Assembly: GCA_049513715.1 (NCBI GenBank)
Contig: JBEKVV010000004.1
Span: 96,001-160,000, forward strand
Origin: Candidatus Bathyarchaeia archaeon
GTDB lineage: Archaea > Thermoproteota > Bathyarchaeia > 40CM-2-53-6
Direction: 5' to 3'
DNA: 64,000 nucleotides
A program made the translations under genes and the position numbers. Of the stretch, positions 50,922-59,988 are shown piece by piece. The notes beneath the pieces are model-generated. The model searched no databases. It was not told the origin of the DNA and saw only the letters and a list, made by a program, of their open reading frames with translations. Numbering within the stretch: position 1 is the stretch's first letter; each line of letters begins with the position of its first letter.

Positions 50922-52245
50922 AAGATTCCGAGAAGAGGTAAGTAAGGCTAAGTGGAATGCGGCCTACTTTGCCGAAATCTTCCTCTCTCTGAGACCGTTT
51001 CCATACCAAGTCGACTTTCTCAGGGACGATGGAAAAGAGATTGCCGCGGCATGCGGTCGCCAGGTTGGAAAGACCACCCTAGCCGCAATCAAGGGTTTGC
51101 ATTTTGCCTTCTTCCATCCAGACGTGACTGTGCTGATCATCAGCTCCACGCTCCGCCAAAGCATGATCCTGTTCGCAAAGATCCGCTCAATGACAGAGTC
51201 GAACCCAATTCTCCGAATGAAAGTGAAGAACTCGAACCGGACAACAATTGAATTCGATCACGGCAGCCGAATCGTGGCGTTGCCCTGCGGACCGACCGGT
51301 TACAGCCTACGAGGCCACACCGCGGACATGATCATCCTAGATGAAGCGAACTTCGTGCCGGAAGAGATTGTGGACGGCGTCGTAAGGCCCATGCTCATCG
51401 CCAAACCCAACTCAAGACTCATCATGGTCTCCACACCTTGGACTCGAAACCATCCATTCTACCGAGCCATCTCTGAGAAGGGTCGAGGATTTCATGTCTA
51501 CAGATGGCCGACAAGCCTCAGCCCACTAGTCTCCGCGGAGAAGCTTCAAGCCGACCGCAACGCCCTCGACGCTCTCACATTCAGAAGAGAGTACGAAGCC
51601 CAGTTCGTCGAAGAAAACGATTCCTATTTCCCAACCCACCTCATCTCGCAGTGCGTAGACGGAAGCTATGAACTCCTGGAGGATCAGGACGTTCTCCAAA
51701 CCGAACACAAAGGCGTCTTTCACCTGGGCGTGGATTTTGGGAAGCGGGTTGACCACAGTGTCCTAGCTGTTCTTGAGGAATCCGCAGGCCGACTTCAACG
51801 CTTAGTCTATCTAAAACAGTTCCCGCTGCAAACAAATTACGCAACGGTAATCGGCTGGATTCGCCGCCTCAACGAGGGTTTCGGATTCGAGAGTGTAACC
51901 CTAGACCAGACAGGAGTCGGAGAAGCACCAGTCGAAGACGTGAAAACCTTCCTTCCAAACGCTGAAGGCGTCATTCTGACGAACAAGATGAAACTGGATA
52001 TTCTATCGAACCTGCAACTTCTCATGCAACATGAGAGGTTGAAGATACCGCTCGAAAAGACCATAATCACCCAGATCAACGAGCAGCAATACGAGATCAA
52101 TAAGACAGGGGAACTAATCTTCTCACACCCAACCCGATCACACGACGACAAACTCTGGGCTTTGGTTTTTTCAGCTTGGGGAGCCAGAAAACCACCTCGC
52201 CCAAGCTTCTTGCCAATAACCCGCTCCTTTGGACTAAGACCCTAA
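50902..52245 (+). CDS. terL: terminase large subunit (Caudoviricetes-type)
   Basis: YQ, GRQVGKT, ILDEA, STP, FRREYEAQF, GVDFG, HDD. Confidence 0.92.
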   Translation: MSMTARERFREEVSKAKWNAAYFAEIFLSLRPFPYQVDFLRDDGKEIAAACGRQVGKTTLAAIKGLHFAFFHPDVTVLIISSTLRQSMILFAKIRSMTESNPILRMKVKNSNRTTIEFDHGSRIVALPCGPTGYSLRGHTADMIILDEANFVPEEIVDGVVRPMLIAKPNSRLIMVSTPWTRNHPFYRAISEKGRGFHVYRWPTSLSPLVSAEKLQADRNALDALTFRREYEAQFVEENDSYFPTHLISQCVDGSYELLEDQDVLQTEHKGVFHLGVDFGKRVDHSVLAVLEESAGRLQRLVYLKQFPLQTNYATVIGWIRRLNEGFGFESVTLDQTGVGEAPVEDVKTFLPNAEGVILTNKMKLDILSNLQLLMQHERLKIPLEKTIITQINEQQYEINKTGELIFSHPTRSHDDKLWALVFSAWGARKPPRPSFLPITRSFGLRP

Positions 52246-52379
52246 CTGATCGAAATGATTGCCGGAACATGTAACGACTCAGCCGGTGACCACTTTGGGT
52301 CTATGGGCAATCTTGTCAGGATCGCTGATTCTCGGGTCTTGGAAAAGTTTAGGTAGTCTCACCCCTTGCTCGTGTGGTA

Positions 52380-52574
52380 GGGCCCGTAGCTCAGTCAGAT
52401 CCACGCAAAATGGATCCTAGATAGGTAGAGCATCGGAAACACCGTGCAATTCCACGGGTGTTGGTGATGCTTTTACCCTGGGTTTCTGGAACCTTAGGGA
52501 AGCCACCCGAAAAGACACCGCTTAACCGCGGTCTTGGGGAAGGGTCCCGGGTTCAAATCCCGGCGGGCCCGCCA
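52380..52574 (+). tRNA. tRNA-Lys(TTT) with four BHB introns (17/17a, 30/31, 37/38, 43/44)
   Basis: Removing 52397-52422, 52437-52468, 52476-52504 and 52511-52541 gives a 77-nt cloverleaf. Confidence 0.92.
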
Positions 52575-52769
52575 CCTTCACTGAGTGGCTGTACCATTTT
52601 CTTGATGCCAGCAGGACAAAGTCCTCCCGCGAGTAGCCACCATCAGTCTTACGTGAGCATATGCCAGGATTTTTTCTGGTTTGGCGTTTGGAGCGAGCTG
52701 TCGTCAAAGACACCGCTCCCTTGACCACACTAGAACAATTCCTCAGCCCGACTTGTATTCTGCAGCGCA

Positions 52770-52790
52770 GGGCCCGTAGTTTAGTCAAGG
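52770..52790 (+). repeat. tRNA 5'-end fragment GGGCCCGTAGTTTAGTCAAGG
   Basis: Resembles the start of tRNA-Lys at 52380. Confidence 0.55.
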
Positions 52791-52915
52791 TGAGTCCGAC
52801 TGTTTTCGTACACTTTTAGTGGGTGAGTGGCGTGACTGAGCCTAGGCAACGCGGAAGGCTATCTCAGCGCAAAGTCTCTTTAGTAAATCCAAAAGCTAGT
52901 CGTTTCGGGTCTATT

Positions 52916-53262
52916 ATGAGCCCGCAATTCATCCGCTCCAAAAGAGCTTCCAATCTTAGCAAATCCGTGGAGCTTGAGGCGTTCCTTGGTTCCTGCAGAA
53001 ACGATTGGCTAAAAGAGAAAGCCGAAGAGGCATTCACAGAAATAAAAGCTCATTATGAAATTGGCGACAAGGTCCAGAAGGACAGATGGCCGCGCTATTA
53101 CGTCTTGACATGGGGATCAACAATCTGTATGTTCATAAGCTTGGGCGCGACTGGCGCTTAACCTACTCGCTCGTAGCAGATGAAGTAGGAATCATGGCCT
53201 TCTGCCTTGAAATCCTGACACACAAGCAATATAACAAAAGGTTTGGTTACGGGAACACCTAG
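52916..53262 (+). pseudogene. frameshifted RelE/HigB-like toxin
   Basis: After a frameshift near 53102 continues GINNLYVHKLGRDWRLTYSL...LEILTHKQYNKRFGY. Confidence 0.7.
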
Positions 53263-53519
53263 CGCACGCGGATGCTTTTCGCCAATGCCCGCTTTAACGT
53301 GGCGTTGTCAGCGAAGACCCAGACGATTTCACGATCATTCAAGATTATTTTGTTGCTTGCTAGCAAGTACTCTATGACACGGTTGAAAGTTTGGTATTGT
53401 ACCTTGCGCGGGAGGCTTTGCCACAGGGCCTTCTTGGTCGGATAGTTTTTCGCTTTGTGTATGGCTTCTTCCACCATCAGTATGGTTCCTAGTGTGGGTT
53501 CGTGGGCGTTTTTCACCAT
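53259..53519 (-). CDS. small winged-helix protein, putative antitoxin
   Basis: HEPTLGTILMVEE...YQTF..VIEYL.ASNKI; stop overlaps the toxin stop (CTAG). Confidence 0.7.
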   Translation of the reverse strand: MVKNAHEPTLGTILMVEEAIHKAKNYPTKKALWQSLPRKVQYQTFNRVIEYLLASNKIILNDREIVWVFADNATLKRALAKSIRVR

Positions 53520-53578
53520 CAGACATTTCCTCTCCCTTAGAGTTACTACTACAGTAGACTACTATGGTAATGTGCTAT

Positions 53579-53613
53579 TTATACATAATTGTATATTATA
53601 CAAGTATGTATAA
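53579..53613. promoter_or_regulatory. 35-bp AT-rich near-perfect palindrome
   Basis: TTATACATA-A-TTGTATA-T-TATACAA-G-TATGTATAA upstream of the wHTH gene. Confidence 0.55.
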
Positions 53614-53700
53614 TGCTTTAATTGTCGGAAAACGCTATGCCCGCCACATCCATCAAGGGTTGTCATGAAGATTTTGCTCAAGATCCCTGATCTCATGATG

Positions 53701-53731
53701 TTGGTGGGTTCAAATCCCACCGGCCCAACCA
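53701..53731 (+). repeat. tRNA 3'-end (T-arm to CCA) fragment
   Basis: TTGGTGGGTTCAAATCCCACCGGCCCAACCA; first 21 nt identical to 54374-54394. Confidence 0.75.
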
Positions 53732-53779
53732 TCTCGTCTGTGTAATGACCGTTCTTTCACGAGAGTATAATTGAGTCCA

Positions 53780-54043
53780 TCATTTGTAGGCCCTTCCTCT
53801 GAACTCGACAGCGAGAACGGCAATCGTTTTGGATTCCCAGTCGACCTCATACTCGATGCGGATTTCTCCTATTCGTATTCTGTAGGTGTCATGCATCCCA
53901 GCCAGTTTCCTGACATCGTATTCAGGAACTGGCGCTGGATTCTGACTCAAAGCCTCTAAAACCAGCAGGACTCCACGCGCGTAGTGGCTAGGTATACGCC
54001 TAAGCGACTTCCTAGCACGGTTTGAAATAATGATTTCGAACAG
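53780..54043 (-). CDS. relE: RelE/ParE toxin (apparent CTG start; missing from ORF track)
   Basis: FEIIISNRARKSL...DVRKLAG..DTYRIRIGEIRIEYEV...RGRAYK. Confidence 0.85.
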   Translation of the reverse strand: MFEIIISNRARKSLRRIPSHYARGVLLVLEALSQNPAPVPEYDVRKLAGMHDTYRIRIGEIRIEYEVDWESKTIAVLAVEFRGRAYK

Positions 54044-54048
54044 GAGAG

Positions 54049-54267
54049 CTACGCACCGAGTTCCTTTCGGAGCTGGCCTAAGGTGACGTAGCGGCCCTTC
54101 TCAACCTCTAGCCGACCCTGTCGGATCAGTTTTCTTTCTCTGGCAGTCACTCGCTCTTCCGGAAGTAGGGCCGCCCTTAAGCGAAGAAGCTCTATCTTCA
54201 CGTCGTCAAGCTTCGTGATTACTTTACGCAATTCAGTCTTGGTTACTGCCATTAGATTATCCCGCAC
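54049..54267 (-). CDS. antitoxin of the RelE module
   Basis: E..LI..G..EVEKGRYVTL..L C-terminal motif; directly upstream of relE. Confidence 0.75.
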   Translation of the reverse strand: MRDNLMAVTKTELRKVITKLDDVKIELLRLRAALLPEERVTARERKLIRQGRLEVEKGRYVTLGQLRKELGA

Positions 54268-54373
54268 ATCTGCAGTCTAACCAACTAGTAAAAGAATCTG
54301 GCGTCTGGCAGAGCCTTATCTCCTTCCTCCTACGGGGTGGGTATTCTACTTAGAAACGTGATTAGTCCCACAA

Positions 54374-54404
54374 TTGGTGGGTTCAAATCCCACCTGCCCC
54401 AGCA
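54374..54404 (+). repeat. degenerate tRNA 3'-end fragment
   Basis: TTGGTGGGTTCAAATCCCACCTGCCCCAGCA. Confidence 0.7.
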
Positions 54405-54445
54405 CTTTCCTGTTTACCCGTTGCCGTCGAGCATTGCACCTACTC

Positions 54446-54589
54446 CATTGGAGGTCGGCATGTGATGTGCTGGTCGGTGATGCTTTTACCTTTTCGGGAA
54501 ACGTAAACCCAGGGAAGCCACCCGAAAAGAAACCGCTTAACCGCGGTCTTGGGGAAGGGTCCCGGGTTCAAACCCCGGCGGGCCCGCCA
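54446..54589 (+). pseudogene. 5'-truncated tRNA-Lys(TTT) copy (positions 25-76) with three introns
   Basis: CATTGG|54452-54481|GCTTTTA|54489-54519|ACCCGA|54526-54556|GGGTCCCGGGTTCAAACCCCGGCGGGCCCGCCA. Confidence 0.85.
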
Positions 54590-54693
54590 ACTCCCTGTTC
54601 CTCATGAATGTCCGCGTGAATCCGAACAGCCTTCTTGCTGGGGCCCTGCAGATGATGGTCGAGAAGAATGGAAGCTTTTGCATCTAAGCCAGA

Positions 54694-54879
54694 TTAGCTC
54701 AGGCGTTTCCCGCATACTCCGCAATGATGTGCATATGCTGGGTTCACGTTCCCGCATTTGGGGCAGGTTCCACCCACCATCATTGGTGTCCTGGGGAGTG
54801 GTGTCCCGCAGCTGAAGCAATAGCTATTGAACGGGGGGTTCCAGGTGCAACATATCGTGCAATAGGAAGAAGCGACCAT
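54694..54879 (-). CDS. double zinc-ribbon small protein
   Basis: Four CxxC pairs. Confidence 0.7.
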   Translation of the reverse strand: MVASSYCTICCTWNPPFNSYCFSCGTPLPRTPMMVGGTCPKCGNVNPAYAHHCGVCGKRLS

Positions 54880-54924
54880 GATACTCAGTCCAACCTGTAA
54901 CCCTCAAAAGGGCATCCGAATAAA

Positions 54925-55803
54925 ATGTTTGCCTTAGCCCATGGTCATGCATCTGCAATTCATATGGAAGGAGGACGCAAAAATCGGCTTGGTCAACGGG
55001 AACTGACCTACTGGATTTGGAGTTTGTTTCCTTTCTTGGAGAACATCGACCCCGTCTATCTTCTCCAGCCCATAATCACAATCGCGTTCAGCATTGGCCT
55101 GGTTGTTTTCTGGCACTACTGGCGCAGTTTCACGAGAGGCGCACTGATCTATTCCCTCCTTGCCTACGGGGGAGGAATACTGATCAAAATAGTCCTCCAA
55201 TCCTTCACAGCCAGTGCGTTTGTGGCCCGGTTCGGGGAGAATCCGTACATTTTGGGGGCGTACTTTGGGCTTCAAACTGTCGTTTTTGAAGTAGGTGGGG
55301 CGTTCTTGGTAGCGACTTGGGCGGTTTCCAAAGGCAAGCTCGCGGCCAAAGACGATGAAGGCTACGGACTGGGACTAGGGCTATGGGAGAACGCAGTAGT
55401 GGTCGGTGGGTTTGGTTTGCTGAACCTTTTGATAATCTACTTAACATTCGCGTCCGGAGGATCTACAGCTGAAGCCCTACGCGCAGTAGTTGTCAACTCC
55501 AATCCTGAACTTTTCGCGCCACCAGTCCAAGCTTTCACGACGGTGGGATTTGGCTTGTTGGAGCGAGTGTCGTCGCTCATATTCCATTTCGCGTGGGGGC
55601 TTCTCTGCGTGCTTTCAGCAGTCACTCGTAAACGACTATACTTCGTAGTGGCGTTGCCGATGGGGCTCGTGGACTTTCTCGTTCCATTTTCCAAAATCCT
55701 AACGATTCCAGTCTTCGAAACAAGCGTCTTCATTCTAGCTGTCCTAGCTCTCCAGTTGTCCCTGTATGTGACGAGGGGAGATCGACAACCACCTCAAACA
55801 TAG
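54925..55803 (+). CDS. YhfC-family intramembrane metalloprotease-like protein (start uncertain)
   Basis: YGLGLGLWEN, ER.SS..FH; multiple TM. Confidence 0.75.
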   Translation: MFALAHGHASAIHMEGGRKNRLGQRELTYWIWSLFPFLENIDPVYLLQPIITIAFSIGLVVFWHYWRSFTRGALIYSLLAYGGGILIKIVLQSFTASAFVARFGENPYILGAYFGLQTVVFEVGGAFLVATWAVSKGKLAAKDDEGYGLGLGLWENAVVVGGFGLLNLLIIYLTFASGGSTAEALRAVVVNSNPELFAPPVQAFTTVGFGLLERVSSLIFHFAWGLLCVLSAVTRKRLYFVVALPMGLVDFLVPFSKILTIPVFETSVFILAVLALQLSLYVTRGDRQPPQT

Positions 55804-55821
55804 GTGAGCTTGCTGTCCCTC

Positions 55822-57255
55822 TCACTGATTTTCACCGTGACCCATATGCTCCATTTCGTGGTGGTATTGCTCAGGCGTCATTAGGCTTTGGAATGCGCGG
55901 TCAACAACCTCGCTCAAGGCAGGATGAATATGCATCGCATCGAGCAAAGGCCGCGCGCTCTGCTCAGGCGTATACATCAAGTTGATGATTTCCTGAATCA
56001 AAACCGACGCTGAAGGTCCAATGATGTGCGCACCAAGAATCCTGAGGCCGTTCTTTTCGAGAATAACCTTGACGAAATAGTCTTTCACTGCCATGGCTTC
56101 CCCTTTAGCTGTGTCTTGGTAACGCTGAAATCCGATCAGAGTTCCTTCAGACCCATATTTCTCGATGGCTTCATTCTCTCTGAGTCCAACAGCCGCGACC
56201 TCGGGGTATGTGAAGACCGCGTGCGGAACGGCATGGTAATCTACAGGGATTCTGCGACTCAAAACCGCGTTATAAAACACTATCCGGGATTCATAATTAC
56301 CTACATGTTTGAACAAGTACTTACCATGAGCATCGCCGAAAGCCCACACGTTGGGTAGTGAAGTTTCCAAGAATTCGTCGACCAACACCCACCCCTTTTC
56401 GTCAGTCTTGATTCCTCCCTTGTCAGGGTGGAGTATGTCGGTTGTCGGTCCACGTCCTGAGGCAATCATGATTTCTTTCGCAGTGATTGTTGTCTTCTCT
56501 CCTGTTTTGTGGTCAACGGCAAGTAGGGATTTTCCGCCGGGTTCGTTCTGTGCGGTCATAACCTCATGGTTTGTGAGAATCGTCATGTGTTTGCTGAGTT
56601 CCCGCTTGGCTAGGGCTGAAACCTCAGGCTCTTCTTGGGGTAGGAATTGTGGGTTTCGGCCGATGATTGTGACCTTTGAACCCATCGCGGACAGAAAATG
56701 GCCATACTCGGCGGCGATGTACCCACCGCCTACGATGGCTATGCTTTCTGGCAAAGTGGTTTCGTAGAGTATAGTATCGCTTGTCTTGTAACCAACTTCA
56801 TTCAAGCCTTTGATGGGAGGAATGATGGGCTTTGAGCCGATGGACAGAAGAATCATCTTGGATCTGATAGTCTCTTCTCGCACCTTCAGTGTATACCGGT
56901 CAACGAATTCAGCGACGGCGTGGTAATAGTCGATGTTCGGCGATTCGCTCAATCCTTGCCTGATTGAGTTGATGTCGCCATCGATTAGAGTTCTCATGCG
57001 CTTCATGACCTTGCCAAAATCAACGTTCCGTATTGCCACGTCTATGCCAAAGGTTCCGGCACGTTCGATCTCACGAACAAGTTCGGCTGGGTACAGTAGT
57101 ATTTTTGATGGGATGCAACCTCGTGTTAGGCAGATTCCTCCAGGTTCATCTTTGTCGATTACTGCTGCCTTGAGGTCGGGGCTCCTTTGGATCATCCCAT
57201 CAAGAACGTTCATCGCAGAGCCGGTGCCGATTGCAATCACATCATACTCTTTCAT
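55822..57255 (-). CDS. dihydrolipoamide dehydrogenase-family flavoprotein
   Basis: GGICLTRGCIPSK, GGGYIA.E, HIHPALSE. Confidence 0.88.
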   Translation of the reverse strand: MKEYDVIAIGTGSAMNVLDGMIQRSPDLKAAVIDKDEPGGICLTRGCIPSKILLYPAELVREIERAGTFGIDVAIRNVDFGKVMKRMRTLIDGDINSIRQGLSESPNIDYYHAVAEFVDRYTLKVREETIRSKMILLSIGSKPIIPPIKGLNEVGYKTSDTILYETTLPESIAIVGGGYIAAEYGHFLSAMGSKVTIIGRNPQFLPQEEPEVSALAKRELSKHMTILTNHEVMTAQNEPGGKSLLAVDHKTGEKTTITAKEIMIASGRGPTTDILHPDKGGIKTDEKGWVLVDEFLETSLPNVWAFGDAHGKYLFKHVGNYESRIVFYNAVLSRRIPVDYHAVPHAVFTYPEVAAVGLRENEAIEKYGSEGTLIGFQRYQDTAKGEAMAVKDYFVKVILEKNGLRILGAHIIGPSASVLIQEIINLMYTPEQSARPLLDAMHIHPALSEVVDRAFQSLMTPEQYHHEMEHMGHGENQ

Positions 57256-57456
57256 GGCCTCAGTGAAGAATCAGCGAACATAACAGACTTTTCTTGAACA
57301 CACTGAAGACCAGCAGCACGCTCTATCAGCAGCTTGGAAAAAGGACCGAAGTTCGTCCCCGTCGGTTCGAGAACGAGGCATACGCCTATCTTCGCGAAGG
57401 AACTTGATGATGGAGTGATAGTTGACGCTTGGTTAAGTGGACTATTGGACTATGCG

Positions 57457-57804
57457 CTATTCTTTGCGGGTCGCATTTGTTGCGAGTTGGAAGTCTGTGG
57501 CCCATTTGATGAGTTGGCTCATGTGGTTTTCTGCGTTGAATTTGTAGGCTTGAGCGTTGCCCAATTTTCTTGTGGTCGACACCCACCGGAGTTCTTGTAG
57601 GTGCTTGAGGCAGTTCTTAGCGGTTTTGAATGTCAGCCCAGTGCCTTCTGCTATGATGGAGACCGTGAACTCCGCGCTGCCTAGGAGAAGACTTTGGTCC
57701 AGGATCCGCGCCATCGGAATCCCCCTACCCATTACAGTCACGAAGGGGCCCGCGTCAAAGTATTCGTCCTTCTTACTCGCTCTCACAGCTTCCACCATCA
57801 TCAT
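57457..57804 (-). CDS. winged-helix DNA-binding protein
   Basis: FTVS.IAEGTGLTFKTA...L..L...RKLGNA..YK. Confidence 0.7.
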   Translation of the reverse strand: MMMVEAVRASKKDEYFDAGPFVTVMGRGIPMARILDQSLLLGSAEFTVSIIAEGTGLTFKTAKNCLKHLQELRWVSTTRKLGNAQAYKFNAENHMSQLIKWATDFQLATNATRKE

Positions 57805-57856
57805 GATGATGACAATAACTTAATAAATGCTTCCAATAACATGGTAGCGATTTCCA

Positions 57857-58216
57857 ATGTCTACCGAGGAGCGAACGAAGCTCGCTAAGGGCTTCGTAAT
57901 GAACAAGATGTATTCCCTCGGATTAATCGGCGGGAGACACACTTCCGTAGATAACCTTCCGAAAAGCTGCCCGCATGAACTGGAACAAAACGTGAAAGCG
58001 GCAATCGACGAACTCCGCAAAGAAAAGCTTCTGGTAATCAAGCCAACAAGCTACGGGCAACAAGCCTCCGCGACGATGGCCGATCTAGGTCGGAATTACG
58101 CGAATGCCTATAGGGAACACGTCAACCTGCCCGAGACCGATTTCAATCCCACAAAGAAAGTTGAAGCGTCCCCGCTGACCAAGGAGGAATTGAGGAAGCT
58201 AAGATTCAAGAAGTGA
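57857..58216 (+). CDS. hypothetical basic protein
   Basis: IGGRHTS.DNLPK...AI.EL.KE.LL..KPT.YG. Confidence 0.6.
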   Translation: MSTEERTKLAKGFVMNKMYSLGLIGGRHTSVDNLPKSCPHELEQNVKAAIDELRKEKLLVIKPTSYGQQASATMADLGRNYANAYREHVNLPETDFNPTKKVEASPLTKEELRKLRFKK

Positions 58217-58479
58217 GTTCCGAATCGGACTTGGGTGGGTACCGTGCCTCCACTTATGTTGAACTAGTCATAAGTTTCGTCTCAGTGAGATAATTTTGAG
58301 GCCTCTCAACACAGAGACATGCACACACTTGAGATGGGGGGCCCTTCCTTCTTTACAGTTATCGCTTCAATTGATCAGAGGATTCCGACACACACCTCAA
58401 AGGTGAGTGAGATCGCAGCTCAGCCTTCCTCGTTACTTGAGAGCGCGTGTTCCCCTCACTTTTCATGAAGCGAAAAATG

Positions 58480-59916
58480 TCATGGGGGTGCGACTTTGGC
58501 TAGGGTTCTTGCTAATTCTACGCAGGGCGCGGCGTCGTACTCTCTGAGTAAGGTCATTTTCGAGGCTTCAATGGAGCCTTCCGCGTGAATTTGCAGGATC
58601 TCGTTGTACCCTCCGAAATCTGATGCTGTTAGGTCACGAACCAGGTTGATTACCCTAAGTCTGTCTTCCGTAGTCACCGTTTTCTTTCCTCCGAGGTACT
58701 TGCGCAAGTACGGTCCAATTTCGGGGGAGCGTAGGTCCTCTTCAGAAGGCCCAGTGACCGTCAAACCACCAGTCAAATCTTGCACGAGTGCCACGTGTTG
58801 ATGGTAGTTCGTCGCGAAATGCCATTTGGCGATGTTCGAGTAGACTGGGTCTGGGACGGCTAGACCCTCAACCATTCTGCAGTTTAGCGCCGCTTGCTTT
58901 GTCAAGCCCTTGACGGTTTCAGAATAGGCAATGAGGCGCGCCAATTTTTCCCTAACATGAGAAGCTTCGCCAATTCCGTTCATTTGCGCCATCAAAATTC
59001 CCGCTCCCACCAGTAGGTCTAGGAGCGGCGCCTTGTACGAAACGGCAGTGAACCGGTGGTACTGAACAAACCTCAAGGCGAGAGGGCCTGCAAATTGCAC
59101 CTCGCCATTCATGAAGACTCTCTCCCACGGCACGAATACGTCATCAAATATGGTCACCGACTCGACCATGTGGTGTTGGGAGCTGATCGGATTGTGAAAT
59201 TCTGAGCCCGTGGTGCCTCCGAAGGGGCTCGCAACCAGCTTCACTCCCTTCGTATTGGCTGGTACTGCAAACGCTACGGCATACTGCTTGTCCTTCTCCC
59301 CGAAGTTGCGTGTGGGAATTACCATGATTTCGTTGACGCAAGGTCCGTAAGATGTGTGCGCCTTGGCGCCCCTCACGACGATGCCGTCTTTTCTTTCTTC
59401 AACCACGCGGACGTAGTAGTCCTCATGTTCCTGTTCCGAAGGACCAAGGGAACGGTCACCTTTAACATCGGTCTGCGCGACAGCCATAGCCAAGTCATTC
59501 TTCATGCAATAATCATGATACTTCGAAACCCGCTTGAAGTAGTCAGTCCCAAGCTTCGCGTCCATCTGTTTCGAAATAATGTTCATCGCGAACAAGCAGT
59601 CAGTTCCAATTTCCTTTATCAGAAGAACTACCGTACCGCCTAGTCGTGTTCCCAAATCGATGATGCGGCTTCTTTCAAGCAGGTCTTGGGCGTTCTGCGG
59701 GATTTTGAAGTATCGGCTATACCGGTCCTTTCCATTCGGCGTGAATGTGACAGAATCGCGATGCTGTGGGTTCTCAGGAATTTCGAACTCAAGTCCCAAG
59801 TGTTTGATAATGGTGTCGAAGAACGGGTGAGTCGTGACGTCAGAGACTCTTTTGCCTTCGAAGTAGACCTCTCTGTCATCCTGCAGACTCTTGATGAATT
59901 CGGGTTTTGTTCTCAA
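58480..59916 (-). CDS. 4-hydroxyphenylacetate 3-hydroxylase / 4-hydroxybutyryl-CoA dehydratase family flavoprotein
   Basis: AQTDVKGDRS, GIVVRGAKAH, FDDVFVPWERVF, HAEGS; start reassigned to TTG 59916. Confidence 0.85.
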   Translation of the reverse strand: MRTKPEFIKSLQDDREVYFEGKRVSDVTTHPFFDTIIKHLGLEFEIPENPQHRDSVTFTPNGKDRYSRYFKIPQNAQDLLERSRIIDLGTRLGGTVVLLIKEIGTDCLFAMNIISKQMDAKLGTDYFKRVSKYHDYCMKNDLAMAVAQTDVKGDRSLGPSEQEHEDYYVRVVEERKDGIVVRGAKAHTSYGPCVNEIMVIPTRNFGEKDKQYAVAFAVPANTKGVKLVASPFGGTTGSEFHNPISSQHHMVESVTIFDDVFVPWERVFMNGEVQFAGPLALRFVQYHRFTAVSYKAPLLDLLVGAGILMAQMNGIGEASHVREKLARLIAYSETVKGLTKQAALNCRMVEGLAVPDPVYSNIAKWHFATNYHQHVALVQDLTGGLTVTGPSEEDLRSPEIGPYLRKYLGGKKTVTTEDRLRVINLVRDLTASDFGGYNEILQIHAEGSIEASKMTLLREYDAAPCVELARTLAKVAPP

Positions 59917-59988
59917 AATGTTCCGCTGCTGAGATGCTTTGCGGAATGAGGAAACATATAACATTGAACAGGTCTTTTCGATTAATCT

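Noticed and set aside
45763..54589. Partial Tyr/Lys copies and small tRNA fragments as trans-spliced split tRNA halves
   Set aside because: No long complementary leader/trailer pairs or clear promoters found, and complete Tyr and Lys genes lie immediately upstream.
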